From a virus (lineage: Duplodnaviria; Heunggongvirae; Uroviricota; Caudoviricetes), in IMG/VR virus record IMGVR_UViG_2862035965_000001: 46,081 nucleotides of DNA; one strand, 5' to 3'. The notes under the pieces are model-generated. The model did not search any database, had not been told where the DNA came from, and was given only the letters and a program-made list of their open reading frames with translations. This document shows, one piece after another, positions 19,080 through 27,212 of this stretch; position 1 is the first letter of the stretch; every line of letters starts with the position of its first letter. The translations under genes and the position numbers were made by a program.

Positions 19080-19859
19080 TTATATACTCCAACCTAAATC
19101 CTTGTACCACCACCGAGGTACTAAAGAATCCCCAAGAGTATCCTGATCAACGCCGTAGATAATCCCATCATTTACCTGACAGTTGACATATTGAGCTACA
19201 GCACCGGCCGGTAGTTCCAATGCAGAACCTTTAATAGTTGATTCTGTGAAGAAAAGGAAAACCTCTGCGCGAAAAACCTCAATAATTTGTATGAGACAGT
19301 TTCGGAAAATGAAGGAAGGTGCCCAATCTGAAGCTGGATCTGGTTTAGGAAAAGAGATCATACGAATTAAGAGTGATCCCTGGGCAATAAACTGAGTATT
19401 AGTCATTTCTATGGTGGTTGCGCAAGACACCGCAGTTAAATGGAATGCACTAGCAAAGATGCAGTCCGTAAAACGTAATTTCTCCAAATGGACGCTAGTT
19501 AGAATAAGCGGTTTGGTAAAGGAAATCCCCGTGAATTCAAGAGAGAAAGATCGTGAGGAGGACTCATTATGATTTTTTGAGAGCTGATAGATAATAAGGG
19601 AAACCGCTATTTCCTCTAATTCTTCGTGAAGATTCACATCAATTTCTTCACGTTTCAATAACCTGCTTGAGCTTTGTAAAATTTCAATCGCCAAGTAGAT
19701 GATTCGTTGCGACAAAGGGAAACTAAATCCCGAAGGGTTCTCAACGTTAAAGAAGAAATCGTTTGACTCTCCCCGTAAGATTTGAACCACTGCCTGTAGC
19801 TGGTTCTTTGTGGGTTCTTGCAGCAGATTCTTTAACTTTAGTATTAATGCTTCATTCAT
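19080..19859 (-). CDS. Hypothetical protein, AT-rich gene, pentapeptide-repeat-like C-terminal half
   Basis: 259 aa ORF with GAGGG RBS, visibly lower GC than its neighbours. Recurring FTGISF, FTDCIF, MTNTQF and FRNC patterns. Confidence 0.7.
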   Translation of the reverse strand: MNEALILKLKNLLQEPTKNQLQAVVQILRGESNDFFFNVENPSGFSFPLSQRIIYLAIEILQSSSRLLKREEIDVNLHEELEEIAVSLIIYQLSKNHNESSSRSFSLEFTGISFTKPLILTSVHLEKLRFTDCIFASAFHLTAVSCATTIEMTNTQFIAQGSLLIRMISFPKPDPASDWAPSFIFRNCLIQIIEVFRAEVFLFFTESTIKGSALELPAGAVAQYVNCQVNDGIIYGVDQDTLGDSLVPRWWYKDLGWSI

Positions 19860-20011
19860 TTTCTATCCCTCACTCAACTAAAAATACCCTCTTCTTCTAT
19901 GCCTTCTCGTAGAAAATCTGGTAAAAAATCAATGATTCTTTCTCTCTTGTTTTAACGAATTCGTATTTTCCGCATAACTAAATCTCGCTTAATTAAGGGT
20001 TTGAACCAATG

Positions 20012-20050
20012 ACAAAGTTCTCAGCTGTGGACCCACCGCTGAGAACTTTG
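20012..20050. terminator. Intrinsic terminator
   Basis: CAAAGTTCTCAGC...GCTGAGAACTTTG. Confidence 0.7.
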
Positions 20051-20086
20051 ATGATCTTCAGAACGAGAAACAAAGGTTATCCATAG

Positions 20087-21910
20087 TTACCGGTTAAAGA
20101 TCCACCCGAATTTCTTCGTACTCCTCATACGCTCTGGGCAAAAGTTGGTAACGATCTCAGCATTTTTCTCACAAAATGCGTTCACTAAACCTAAATCTTC
20201 CGTATCACTTGCCCCATTTCTTCCGGGTGCACCTTTGAACCATTCTTGATTCACTGGAAGATAAATCTGGCGCAATGTGATTGGCGCGGCATACTCTTCG
20301 CAGTCAAGTACACAGCTTACAAAGTAAACAACAGTTTCCCATCCCTCGGCGCCCGGCTCAGTTGGGGTGAAATAAGTTGCTGTCGATGCATAGTAAGCAG
20401 CCTCCACCATATCGAGTCGAGTAATTCCGTGCTTATACCGAAGCTTATCTGCGCCAAAACCTACATCGGGTTTGTCATTTGGGTCCCAATATCCGCGACG
20501 AATTAGATAATCAATGTTGGTACCTGGGTTCTTTGGGTAAACAATATCTCCAGTAGGACTACCGCTGGCGAGTGTTTGCAGTTGACGATGAGGGTTTTGA
20601 TTTACTGGGGCAAACTTCTCAGATTGACTATTCGAGAGGCTTCCGCTTCCCTCTCCACCCATGTACGCAAGACCGTCATCCGTTGCCCACAGAGATCCGT
20701 TTTCAAAGCGTTGAAGTAACGTCTCCTCAAATGGGTCTAAAGATACCCAGGGTAAGCCTAAGCCCTCGATACCACCGAGTTGCTTCCACAGGGCAACAGC
20801 TTCACCATTTAGCTCACGCGCCCCAATTCCCGCACCCCATAAAATCATGGAGTTTTCTCCAAAATCAACATGGTGTGCAACGCCCGGGACATAAGCTTCT
20901 TCATCTGCTTCAGGGAAGCCTAAACGACCCGTTTCCCGACCAAGTGCATCCCACACCCGCTGTGTAGCCAAATACATGAACCGAGTCTGACGATCATTTC
21001 GCCAGGAGATCGTTCCATTGGAGAAATTATTGTAAAAATACTCAGTACCGCTAGGTAGCTCATTAGTGATCGGGATGCCAATGGCATGATTCGAGCCGCC
21101 AAGTTCTTCGTAGCGCTGTTTAATATCGCCCCACACAGCACCGCCAGTCAATGGGTTGTAGTAGTTGTCACCACCTTGAAAAGTCTGTCGCTGAGTAAGG
21201 GGATAGTTTGTATCCATCGGACCAGAGGTTGGGTACCCCAATGGCCCTGATTCCCAGTTCAAGGTCCCCCACTGTCGCAAACCGTCCAAGGTCACTGCAT
21301 AAGCGCCTGTGTCTGGGTGCCAATAGATGGCTCCACCAAAAAATTCACTTCTTTTACCAACACCGTCAGGATTGGTCAACTCGTTTGACTTCGGTGGTCC
21401 AAGCCATGACAACTGACCTCCAACCTGACGATAAGCGTCAAGAATCCGGCCACACACTGAAAAGCCCGTCGGCCACATAACTTCACACCCGGTGGTTGCC
21501 ATCAGTCGTGCACCCTCGTTAAGTCGTGCTTCTGCGACTTCTACCTGGTCAGCTTTGTCCTTGCTTACCCCCTCCGGTAACTCGATGACATCTGAACGCA
21601 TGTCCCCTGCAACGATGTCCCGCTTAGGTGGCGGGAGTTCCTCGACATTGTCTTCACTATCGTTGACTTGCTCGTGATACTCAACGACTACTTCTGGATG
21701 TGCTGTTTCGTAATCCTCAAGTTGTTCCTCAACTGTTGGAGCATTCCTATTGGGGACATAATCAACACCGTCATCAGCAAACTGCTCATCAGTGATTTCT
21801 TCTACAAGCTCAAATTGATCGTCCACCTGTGCTTGAGCCACCGGAGATGCAACCCCGATGGCCAGCAACATGACAGCGGAAACCCCCACCAATCTTCGTG
21901 TCAACCGCAT
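20087..21910 (-). CDS. psp1: Secreted LGFP-repeat protein (Psp1-like) with a distinct C-terminal domain
   Basis: Sec signal (AQA-Q). LGFP repeats LGPP, LGYP, IGIP, LGFP and LGLP. The N-terminus recalls C. glutamicum Psp1; the symbol is from recall. Confidence 0.85.
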   Translation of the reverse strand: MRLTRRLVGVSAVMLLAIGVASPVAQAQVDDQFELVEEITDEQFADDGVDYVPNRNAPTVEEQLEDYETAHPEVVVEYHEQVNDSEDNVEELPPPKRDIVAGDMRSDVIELPEGVSKDKADQVEVAEARLNEGARLMATTGCEVMWPTGFSVCGRILDAYRQVGGQLSWLGPPKSNELTNPDGVGKRSEFFGGAIYWHPDTGAYAVTLDGLRQWGTLNWESGPLGYPTSGPMDTNYPLTQRQTFQGGDNYYNPLTGGAVWGDIKQRYEELGGSNHAIGIPITNELPSGTEYFYNNFSNGTISWRNDRQTRFMYLATQRVWDALGRETGRLGFPEADEEAYVPGVAHHVDFGENSMILWGAGIGARELNGEAVALWKQLGGIEGLGLPWVSLDPFEETLLQRFENGSLWATDDGLAYMGGEGSGSLSNSQSEKFAPVNQNPHRQLQTLASGSPTGDIVYPKNPGTNIDYLIRRGYWDPNDKPDVGFGADKLRYKHGITRLDMVEAAYYASTATYFTPTEPGAEGWETVVYFVSCVLDCEEYAAPITLRQIYLPVNQEWFKGAPGRNGASDTEDLGLVNAFCEKNAEIVTNFCPERMRSTKKFGWIFNR

Positions 21911-22038
21911 ATATCAAACCCTTACCTGTCGGAAAAATGTGTACAAACTGAGGATAGGCATAGATTTAATTAAAAGTTGGATGGAAGAAAAAATACATAA
22001 TTTTTACCCAAAAAAAGGGGTGAAGATTATGTTGTACT

Positions 22039-22338
22039 TTAGGGCGCAATAGGTTCCCCGGTCGCCGGATCAACACCGTACACAGTCTTAAACATCTCCG
22101 GTGCCACTGCTGCCTGGTAGTTCAATGCGGCATTAAACGACGCCTCATCACCAGATTCACGGAAACGGTCAAGACCGTCACCAAGCAGTGAGAACATGGC
22201 TTCATTAAGCACTCCCAACTGCTTCTCCCGTGCCTCATCGCGCTCACGAAGACGCTTGACCTCAGCTGCCAAATTATGAATCTGCTTCTGCTGATCTTTG
22301 ATGATCTCGCCAGCAGTTTTTCCCTGTGCCATAATCAT
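22039..22338 (-). CDS. Small coiled-coil hypothetical protein
   Basis: 99 aa with AAAGGGG RBS and a heptad pattern. Confidence 0.75.
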   Translation of the reverse strand: MIMAQGKTAGEIIKDQQKQIHNLAAEVKRLRERDEAREKQLGVLNEAMFSLLGDGLDRFRESGDEASFNAALNYQAAVAPEMFKTVYGVDPATGEPIAP

Positions 22339-22413
22339 TATTCCCCTTTTTAAGTCACTAACTTTATCTGTTTGATTCTTACTATATCTGCATCAGTATT
22401 AAGTCGAAAGCCT

Positions 22414-23643
22414 TCAGTCATCATTTCGCACCGCATGGAACTGTCTCCCGGCTGCATCTTTCTCTCGCTGCCACTCATGCTCCGATGACTTTTTCAATAC
22501 AGCAAGCACTTTCTCATGCTTTTCACTGTGTAGATCAATATCTTCAACTGCTGAACCAGTCGCAATATCACCGATCATGAGACGTTCTGCGAAAAACGCA
22601 CTGAGCAAATGCTCAAAAAAGAAATTGTCGCGTTCGTTTTGCACACTGCGTTTGTGCAAAAAGCCCAGCGTCTTGTTGATCTGTGCCATCTGCTGCGCCT
22701 GTTCATCAAGCGCGTCATTGACATTTTCCTGCCAGCCTACAGATCGGTGCTCATTGAGAATGTCGAGCACAAGCTGGTCATCGTCACTTAAAGACACTAA
22801 TCCTCGGACATCTTCGTGATTCGCCAGCAGTGACACAATCCCGAGGTTCACCAAGACCCCGAAAGGAATGGGACCTCGAAACGCCACACCCTGCTGTGCA
22901 AGCTTCTTGTGCACATGATCCTGAAGCAACTCAGTCAACCTGGCACTCGTCCTGTGCACAGTGCGCAGTTGATCATCTATCTCAGTGCCATCACCATCAC
23001 GCAACGTAATGCTTGAGCTAAAGGCTGCCGCACCTGCACCCGGTGTACATGCTGCTGCATCGGTGGTTGTGCGAGCATTACGTTGTCGTCGCGGTGCCTG
23101 TTTCACAGGTTTTTTGCCAGATCGCTTAGGCTCCTGTGCTAGTTGATGCTCTTTCACGGCATCTAGATCCGCAACTACATCAACAGCTGGCGCCCCCTGG
23201 GTCACCTCTGCAGATTCTGCAACCGCCTCATGCAACACAGGCGCCTGTGCTACCTCTGTGCCAACCTGAGCCTCTGGTTGCGCCCTCTCTCCGCCTGACA
23301 CTGCTGACTGCTCCAACCATGTCTGGGCATCAGCAACACCCTGGTAAATATCGCGTAATCGCAGCATCTGCTGGAAAAGCTGCTCCTGCGCTCTTGTCAC
23401 CGTGCCGGCAGCAACACCCTTATTAATTCGCTCCGTTACGGTCACCCATGAGCGCTCATAGGCTGGATGTGTGCTATCGCCAAGAAGCAGATTCCTTAAA
23501 TTATCTGAACCTAAAGACAGCTTGTCCCACAGCTGTGACAGCACACTGTGTAACCGTGCATCTCCTGCAACAAGATCTGACCCATCAATACTTAAACGAT
23601 CGGTCAACATGACAGTCGCCACGTTCTTAGTCATCTCCGCCAC
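22414..23643 (-). CDS. Hypothetical protein
   Basis: 409 aa. Overlaps the upstream gene by 17 bp and has a GAGAGGG RBS. Confidence 0.8.
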   Translation of the reverse strand: MAEMTKNVATVMLTDRLSIDGSDLVAGDARLHSVLSQLWDKLSLGSDNLRNLLLGDSTHPAYERSWVTVTERINKGVAAGTVTRAQEQLFQQMLRLRDIYQGVADAQTWLEQSAVSGGERAQPEAQVGTEVAQAPVLHEAVAESAEVTQGAPAVDVVADLDAVKEHQLAQEPKRSGKKPVKQAPRRQRNARTTTDAAACTPGAGAAAFSSSITLRDGDGTEIDDQLRTVHRTSARLTELLQDHVHKKLAQQGVAFRGPIPFGVLVNLGIVSLLANHEDVRGLVSLSDDDQLVLDILNEHRSVGWQENVNDALDEQAQQMAQINKTLGFLHKRSVQNERDNFFFEHLLSAFFAERLMIGDIATGSAVEDIDLHSEKHEKVLAVLKKSSEHEWQREKDAAGRQFHAVRNDD

Positions 23644-24841
23644 CCTCTCCCATCAGTGCAGCACTGAGCTCTGCAGCGAGCGCATCAACTTCTTTTTTAA
23701 GCCGTTCATTTTCTGCTTCTAATTCATGCTGCTGCTGAGCTTGGGATTCGCCCTCGGCAAGTGCCTTAGCGTAGATCTCATCAAGTTCCTTATTATGTGC
23801 CACCTGAGTCATCAGCCCCAAGCGTCGCAACACCACGCTGTGCTCAATACCGTTGAGCTGCATAAAAGACCGAATTGCCTGATCAATCGGTGTAATAGTC
23901 TCACCCACCAGACCATCGACTATCTCTACGCGCTCAACCTTGGGTGCCGGCTCTGGTGTTGGTTCTGGTGTTGGCTCTGGTGTTGGCTCTGGCGCAACAA
24001 CTTGTTCATCAACAGCTACTACGCTGTCCGCATCATGAGCAGATAGTGTCGCAACCTGTTCATCAACGTTGTCTACTACAGCTATATCCTGATCCATCTC
24101 TACGTTCTCCTTCTCTGTTCCCCTGATGCTCTCTGTCTCTATGGCTGTCTTTATCATTTCAGTGACCCCATCATGAGGCTCGTTCTCCGGTGGTTGCTGG
24201 TAACGATTTTTAAGTTCTTCCAGCATGATCGCCCCATCAGCACCGACAAAGATGCTAAGATCCCGGTGACCATCTCGCATAGCCTGCTCATGCCTTATAT
24301 GGCGGTGACCATCAACCTGCCCAAAAGCCAGCTCAAAATGCGTACCAAAAAACACTCCCTCCCCTACATCGGCCGCAGTCGCGCCAGCTGTATTCTCTTG
24401 CCCGTCACCATCTGTGTCAGTGTTCACTGCCGGTTGTGTTCGGATGGGTGGTCCTGGTCGCAGTGCATTGGGCGCAGGGAGTCTGGGTCGAAAAGATCGC
24501 ACCGCTGTCGCGGTGCCGGTGGAATCACGGGGATCGTCTACCGACTCTTCGTGACTGTCCTCTTGTGCAGACTCATCTGTACTTGTCGCAGTGTCGTCAG
24601 CACCGGCCTCAGCGACATGGTTCTCACTGCTCAACTCACCTAGCGGGCCAGCGTCACAGGGTTCCTCCTCAGCAAAAGGGTCCTCATCAAACTCGTCCTC
24701 ATCATCAAGATCGGCAGCATAGTCATAAGGCTCGACTGACCCTTGCACTTCAGCTTCAGCCTCTAATGCAGCTAATTCATCGGTTAAGGCTGCTTCCTCA
24801 AGGGCAGCATCCTCCAACGCTTCTCGCTCCTGCTCATCCAT
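23627..24841 (-). CDS. Acidic, largely low-complexity hypothetical protein with a C-terminal coiled coil
   Basis: 404 aa. D/E-rich N-terminus and PEPT repeats. Confidence 0.8.
   Translation of the reverse strand: MDEQEREALEDAALEEAALTDELAALEAEAEVQGSVEPYDYAADLDDEDEFDEDPFAEEEPCDAGPLGELSSENHVAEAGADDTATSTDESAQEDSHEESVDDPRDSTGTATAVRSFRPRLPAPNALRPGPPIRTQPAVNTDTDGDGQENTAGATAADVGEGVFFGTHFELAFGQVDGHRHIRHEQAMRDGHRDLSIFVGADGAIMLEELKNRYQQPPENEPHDGVTEMIKTAIETESIRGTEKENVEMDQDIAVVDNVDEQVATLSAHDADSVVAVDEQVVAPEPTPEPTPEPTPEPAPKVERVEIVDGLVGETITPIDQAIRSFMQLNGIEHSVVLRRLGLMTQVAHNKELDEIYAKALAEGESQAQQQHELEAENERLKKEVDALAAELSAALMGEGGGDD
23949..23992. repeat. 12-bp tandem repeat (about 3.7 copies) encoding PEPT
   Basis: GGCTCTGGTGTT units, in frame. 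Confidence 0.85.
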
Positions 24842-24846
24842 CGGGT

Positions 24847-25179
24847 TTAACCCAGACCATCAAAATCATCGGAGAGATAGGAGTCGCCGCGAGTCATACC
24901 GATAATGGTGTCGAAACCACTAGTCACAACTGTCGTGTTGTTCGCCAACTCACGAGCAAATGAGCTGAGCTGGTCAACGATCTGATTAAGACGGTTGTCC
25001 AACAGTGAATTCGGAATGACGTGCACACCGTTATCACGATCAATTTTCTCTCTGATCGCCTCTTCTGCATACGCGCTCAGCGAGATGCCTTTTCGATCTG
25101 CCCAATAGATTGCCCGCTGGTGGGTGTCTGAATCAAAGCGCAGTGTGGCACGTACATGAACCTTTTTCCCGTCTGCCAT
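24847..25179 (-). CDS. Ribbon-helix-helix DNA-binding protein
   Basis: ATLRFDSDTHQRAIYWADRKGISLSAYAEEAIREKI fits the RHH pattern. ATG 25179 has an RBS (alternative start 25206). Confidence 0.75.
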   Translation of the reverse strand: MADGKKVHVRATLRFDSDTHQRAIYWADRKGISLSAYAEEAIREKIDRDNGVHVIPNSLLDNRLNQIVDQLSSFARELANNTTVVTSGFDTIIGMTRGDSYLSDDFDGLG

Positions 25180-25287
25180 GTCTACCCCTATTCTCTGAAA
25201 ATCCATTAATGTTAATGATTAAGTTAGTCTATTTCATAGTTGATTAACTTATCCACTACCCAGACCTCTACGAGAAAGTTCCCCAGA

Positions 25288-25926
25288 ATGTCACTATCTT
25301 TTAGTTTTCGTAAAATTGCACTCTCTGCCACCACTATGCTTGGCGCTGTCGCAATCTCTGCCTGTGCGCTAGTAACTCAAGCACCCCCTATTAACGCAGC
25401 CCCGGTTACCGGCAGCAGCTCATTAAGTTCTACTCTCGACCTGGGCACCACCACCCCTACCAGCATCGACACAGTAAAACTCACTCAGCAAGCACGAAAT
25501 CAAGCAGCGCCACGCGTTGCAGCCAGCCTGGTGCGCGTAGTAGACGGCGACACCATTGTCGTGAACTATCAGGGCGCTCAAAAAACTGTCCGCATGATTG
25601 GTATTGATTCTCCCGAAACCAAGCATCCGACCAAGCCTGTCGGCTTCTATGGACCAGAATCTTCACAGAATCTCACCACTATGCTGCGTGGTGCCACCAT
25701 CACACTAGAATTTGATTCCACCCAAGCCCGCGAAGATCAGTACGGTCGTCTGCTTGCTTATGTCTGGTACACCAAGGGCGATAGCGGTCTCAAGCTTGCC
25801 AATTTAGAACAAATTGCCTCAGGCTCAGCTGCTGAATATAGCTTTGACACCCGCTACAACCATCGTAATATTTTCCTGCGTGCACAGACTCTCGCCAAGG
25901 CAAACAACCTAGGCATGTGGGGTTAA
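25288..25926 (+). CDS. Secreted thermonuclease (staphylococcal nuclease-like)
   Basis: Signal peptide. Motifs RVVDGDT, VRMIGIDSPE, DQYGRLLAYV and AKANNLGMW. Confidence 0.93.
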   Translation: MSLSFSFRKIALSATTMLGAVAISACALVTQAPPINAAPVTGSSSLSSTLDLGTTTPTSIDTVKLTQQARNQAAPRVAASLVRVVDGDTIVVNYQGAQKTVRMIGIDSPETKHPTKPVGFYGPESSQNLTTMLRGATITLEFDSTQAREDQYGRLLAYVWYTKGDSGLKLANLEQIASGSAAEYSFDTRYNHRNIFLRAQTLAKANNLGMWG

Positions 25927-25950
25927 AACACACCTGCCCACACCAACCAC

Positions 25951-25997
25951 AAACCCCCAGCAACTACCGCAATACGGTACAAGCTGCTGGGGGTTTT
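25951..25997. terminator. Bidirectional terminator between convergent genes
   Basis: AAACCCCCAGCA...TGCTGGGGGTTT, followed by a second hairpin ACCCTGCC-AAA-GGCAGGGT. Confidence 0.7.
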
Positions 25998-26051
25998 ACC
26001 CTGCCAAAGGCAGGGTCGGGTCAACATGCGCGAGGAGTTTAACAGCGCATG

Positions 26052-26171
26052 TTAGCCAATCGCGTTCATGAGCTTGACAAAGAAGTTGAGCAAGCCATTG
26101 GCGTTATCCAAAAAGGTGCCGAGTCCATCGGAGCTAAGAACACCTTCGAGCTTTGAGCTAAGTCCATCCAT
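26052..26171 (-). CDS. 39-aa PorA-like mycomembrane porin peptide (not in ORF track)
   Basis: MDGLSSKLEGVLSSDGLGTFLDNANGLLNFFVKLMNAIG*, with an AGAAAGG RBS 10 nt upstream. VLSSDGL matches PorA VLSGSGL. Amphipathic, no signal peptide. Confidence 0.7.
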   Translation of the reverse strand: MDGLSSKLEGVLSSDGLGTFLDNANGLLNFFVKLMNAIG

Positions 26172-26228
26172 TGTGTAACAACCTTTCTTGAGAATTTAAG
26201 AGAGAAAAAACAACAAAACAACGCCTGA

Positions 26229-26372
26229 CTAGGCGCTAAATGCTTCGCCGTAACCTTCGACACCAAGTTCGGTAGAGATCAGACCACCAAGGTCAAGCAG
26301 ATCCCCAAAACCAAGCGCCTGCGAGATCGCACTGGCACTAAGCAAACCTTCCAGCACTGCACTAAGCATCAT
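26229..26372 (-). CDS. 47-aa PorH-like peptide (not in ORF track)
   Basis: MMLSAVLEGLLSASAISQALGFGDLLDLGGLISTELGVEGYGEAFSA*, with a GAAAG RBS. FGDLLD and terminal FSA resemble PorH FGDLAD and FSS. No basic residues. Confidence 0.55.
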   Translation of the reverse strand: MMLSAVLEGLLSASAISQALGFGDLLDLGGLISTELGVEGYGEAFSA

Positions 26373-26404
26373 CACCACAAACTTTCACAGTAGTTTTTGT
26401 TAGT

Positions 26405-26433
26405 AACTTTGTTGATTAAGTTTCAACAAAGTT
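26405..26433. promoter_or_regulatory. Operator-like inverted repeat in a divergent AT-rich promoter region
   Basis: AACTTTGTTGA-N7-TCAACAAAGTT. Confidence 0.5.
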
Positions 26434-26547
26434 TACTATATACTAAAGTGCAAACCAAAGACGAGGAAAGTATGTCTGTTTGTTTGTCCCCAGATTATTC
26501 ACACTCGTTATATCTCCCGAGAATGTCCTAGAAAGGAACTCGATCTC

Positions 26548-27114
26548 ATGTCCTATTCGCTGATTATTTCTAAAGCAGCAACCCACTCCATGCCTTTTGA
26601 TGAGGCTGAACTCCTAGAGCTTGTCGATGAACTGCACTCAACCACCACCGTGAAGAAGCCGGTTGTTGTGCCACTCCCTGATGATTTTTCCTACACCGTT
26701 GATAGCGCTCTGCGACTACATGATTTGGGCGTTGACCAGGAACTTACTGACTGGATTACTGCACAAGTCGCCGCAGCCTATCCAAACCAGATCGTCTCCG
26801 AGATCGCTGCTGCCCCAGATCCACAGGCAAAGACCTTGTTTTCCGCCAATGTGCATAACACCCGGTCTTTTGGCACTTTTTGGACTGAGCACCCTATTAC
26901 CCAGCTCCAATACAAGCGCTGCTACCAAATTGTCATCGAGAAATTCACAGGTGTCTATCGGCCGCTCCCTGTTGATGACTACCGCTACGTGCCACCTGTT
27001 GCACCATCCTTGCCACAGCCGGTCTACCACGAAGCCATCCACCTCGATAAGTCTGACACGACAGATCACGGTACTCGTGCAGCCAAGCACGCAACGATCA
27101 ACCGTCGCGTCTAA
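26548..27114 (+). CDS. Hypothetical protein
   Basis: 188 aa with AGAAAGGA RBS. Confidence 0.8.
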   Translation: MSYSLIISKAATHSMPFDEAELLELVDELHSTTTVKKPVVVPLPDDFSYTVDSALRLHDLGVDQELTDWITAQVAAAYPNQIVSEIAAAPDPQAKTLFSANVHNTRSFGTFWTEHPITQLQYKRCYQIVIEKFTGVYRPLPVDDYRYVPPVAPSLPQPVYHEAIHLDKSDTTDHGTRAAKHATINRRV

Positions 27115-27212
27115 CCTCCCAACACGCCACAGATAACCCATTGTCTGTGGCGTGTTGTTGTATACCGACTTTTTCCCTTAACCATCCCACTACATCTAAG
27201 AAGTACTCCATC

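Noticed and set aside
26066-26266. 66-aa ORF from the ORF track
   Set aside because: It has no RBS and overlaps two better-supported small ORFs in other frames that have RBSs and porin-like sequence.
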